This document shows positions 61,424 to 64,000 of a DNA stretch of 64,000 nucleotides, in pieces (within the stretch, counting starts at the first letter, position 1; each line of letters starts with the position of its first letter). The position numbers and the translations under genes were made by a program. The stretch is taken from positions 852,816 through 916,815 of the forward strand of contig MU004191.1 of assembly GCA_010093605.1 (NCBI GenBank), in the 5' to 3' direction. Below the pieces are notes generated by a model. It did no database searches and was not told the origin of the DNA. It saw only the letters and a program-made list of their open reading frames with translations. The DNA is from Lophium mytilinum. Its lineage: Eukaryota.

Positions 61424-62041
61424 CTACCATATAGTCCGCATCTCTACCACCTTCTCAAACATCTCCCTTGGTACAGCCGAGATCATGCGCAAGTATGCCG
61501 TCAGAAACACCCATGTATCCCTCGGCAGTTCGGAAAGATCCAGCCAGACAGCGTGCACGGCCTCCGCATTGAAGTATTTATTCGAATACGCGTCCCACGA
61601 CACCCCTATCGAGAAGGCCAGAACGCCGATGCCGATGAAGACGTATGACTGATAGCTCCAGCCCCAGAAGTGGAAGATAGCAGAGGGGGGGACACAAGCT
61701 GCCTGGAGGTCTTGGGTGCCTGTGCTATTCATATTGCCAGTCGCATTGCAGAACCGCCAAGGTCCGTCCTTGGTGTGGTTGATCTGGAGATAAAAGGTGA
61801 CCCAGACCGTGGAGTTGATGGTGGTGTACTTCATCTCGTGGATCTCATAGTCAGAGCTTGGGCTCGAGAGGTCGATGAGAATGGCGACCTTGGTGGGATC
61901 GAAAGGCTTGTCGGACAGGATGGGGCCGACGAGGACGAGCAAGACTGCCACCGTGATTAGCTTGGGGTAATGGGGGAAGTGTTAGAACTGTAAGCGAGCG
62001 AGAGGGCTCTTACCCATGATGATGACAGAGAGGGGCTTCAT
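61424..62041 (-). CDS. Small hypothetical secreted/membrane protein, 2 exons
   Basis: Spliced N-terminus MKPLSVIIMVLLVLVGPILS (signal peptide; GTAAGA...CTAAT...CAG intron), N-glycosylation sequons, two Cys, TM-like YVFIGIGVLAFSIGVSW. Confidence 0.7.
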
Positions 62042-62611
62042 TTTGGTGGATTTTGGAGCGGGAAGGTCTGAATTGTGGACGTAGAGTTCCGGACTGCGGA
62101 TGTGAAGGTCTGGATTCTGGCGTGTAAAGGTCTGAGTTGGGGCGAACGATACGAAGAAAGATGCACACGGAAGCTGTCGAGTAAGCGGTAGGAAGGAGCC
62201 AATGGCCTGAGATGATTCGAAGAGCTGTGACGCTTGCCGCAACGGCCGGTTTGCGGGTCCTGAGAATGGCGATGAGGATCTCAAGCAGTGCTGGTCAAGT
62301 GCACACAGTCCTAGGTAGAGAGAGTACCATGACGTGACGGAAGCGTCTAGGAAGAAACAATGCAAGCATCAAACAAGCAAGTAGAAAAAGCCCAAAAACG
62401 TGCATTAAACCAAAATGAATGGTATATAAGAATCCGAGCCGCAAGCCAGCATTGGGTAAAAAACAGATAAACCACAGAGCGTACCCAGTTTAGTTCAAAG
62501 CTAACTCAAGACAAGCATAAAGACATGAAGACCACAATCGCGTGCGCCAAATTTCCCTTTCTCGGGAGGATTAAGTGAAGACGTTGAAAGCACAAAAGAA
62601 AACTATGATTG

Positions 62612-64000
62612 TCATAGATCGCCTCCTGCTTCTACGCCGTCGAGCCCAAAGTTGAAATCGCCTCCCAAAGGCCCAAAAGCACCAGTGTCTTCTGTATGAA
62701 GGAATGAATCGAAGTCGAAATTTTCGAGGACATCAGGTCCATCGACTGCTGGGAAATCGAGGCCGTTAAACTATTCAGTATTAGTGCTGTCGTCAAATCT
62801 CGTAATAAAGCGAATCATACCTCTTCGCCCAGGTTTCCGAACGGAGCCCCAGGATTGTCCATAGGAGGCTGTTGTACTTGAGGTGCAGGTGCCGCAACGG
62901 ACTGTTGCGATTGCACGTTGCCCTGTTGCCCGTTCTTCTGGCTTGGGTTGAACGAGTTCGCATTCATTGGGGTAATGGGAGTCGAGGGCGTGGGCGTTGG
63001 GGCGGTATCTCCCTCTGTAGCGGGCGCGTTTGCTGCATTCCCCGTGTTCTTCTTTGTAGGCTTCTATAGCGCAAGTTGATTAACGGTGTACACGAGGACG
63101 AAAATGGGGGCGCGACTTACCTTCTTCGTTTCCTTGGTGTCCTTCTTCCTTGGGTTCGCCTTCGTGCCTTGGGAAGGCGTCGGAGGAGCTGGAGGTTGTG
63201 CTGGTGATGAGGGCTGTGTCCGCGCAGGCTCACCAGTCGGGGGCGCGGGCGGAGGTGGCATGGCGGAGTTCCTCTGTAGCGGTGTGCCCATTGGCCCTCC
63301 TGGCTGTTGACCTTGGTTTGGCATTAGCTGAGGGCCTTGTGGCCAATTTACCCCATTTGGAATCCGGCCACCGTTGCGTTGGATTGTCTCCATTTGCTGC
63401 GGGGTAAACTGCCCGTTGAATTGCGGGTGGGAGCTGGGTGGCCTCATCATAGCGTTGTTTGGCATTTGCTGATAATACTGTGGCGGCATTCCAGGCGGCA
63501 TCTGGCTAGGATCGAAACCATTGGGACCTGGGGAGTTCCGGTTCTGCTGCATGTCGGCAGCCATAGGAGAACCCGGGAGACCTTGCGGGCCCATCTTGGG
63601 CGTCTGTTTCCTCATTTGGTCGTTAGGATTTGGCGATGGTCCGGCTCGACTGCCTGAAGGCGACATGGATGGGGCAAATCCTTGGGCGTTGACGGGCGGT
63701 TGGCCATGAGGGCCTTGGGCCATGTTATCCTGCTCTTGGCGGGCCATCATTAGGCGCTTCTTGTTCTGCTGCTCTAGAAGCATGAGCTGCATCTGGTAGT
63801 CCTGGAGAGCGTGGTTCCCTTGTGGCTGGCCGGGAGCCCCGCCGGGCATTCGAGGTGTGCTGTTGAAGAGGTCTTGGGATCCCTCTAAGCCGCCCTGTCC
63901 CATAGGAGAGCCTTGCGGTATGCCGGGGTTCATTCCCTTCGCCATTGTATGGTTAAAGGCTGTTCTCTGTTGGTGGGCCAGACTCTGGGTATATACCTCT
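62612..64000 (-). CDS. SOM1: SOM1/SomA/Flo8-like transcriptional regulator, 3' part (start beyond window)
   Basis: GNHALQDYQMQLMLLEQQNKKRLMMARQEQD signature, Pro/Gln/Met-rich region, PPTPTPSTPITP, C-terminal DVLENFDFDSFLH; stop at 62614-62612. Confidence 0.9.

Noticed and set aside
1..64000. Intact transposon, rRNA, or PKS/NRPS cluster
   Set aside because: No transposase, RT, integrase, LTR/TIR, rRNA or backbone-synthase motifs were seen.

Overview
Gene-dense eukaryotic DNA from a filamentous ascomycete (Pezizomycotina-type short GT-AG introns with CTRAC branch points); the species cannot be determined from the sequence alone. About 27 protein-coding genes are supported. Conserved genes include the lipin/PAH1 3' end, THG1, a Clr5-domain protein, scytalone dehydratase, a NAM8/NGR1-like triple-RRM protein, a D-amino-acid oxidase with PTS1, PDX3 and the 3' part of a SOM1/FLO8-like regulator. 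Accessory-type genes include two HET-domain proteins, an F-box protein, a tandem pair of SprT-like HEXXH metalloproteases, an SDR, a TauD-like dioxygenase, a TetX-like monooxygenase, an HSL-family hydrolase and a divergent Zn2Cys6 TF/MFS pair. The most striking feature is a nested intron at the end of the NAM8-like gene. Removing a 51-nt intron creates an immediate stop codon and simultaneously rebuilds a GTAAGC donor ([D1,2] stwintron geometry). That donor can splice over 939 nt, exactly in frame, to a hidden Pro/Gly/Gln-rich terminal exon, making this a candidate splicing-factor autoregulatory switch. Other notable items are a tRNA-scaffold RNA whose anticodon loop is replaced by a long hairpin, a hydrolase apparently missing its catalytic Asp segment, a C-rich to G-rich polarity switch inside several genes, and a degenerate intergenic repeat array. 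All product calls come from motif recognition by eye; no database searches were run.
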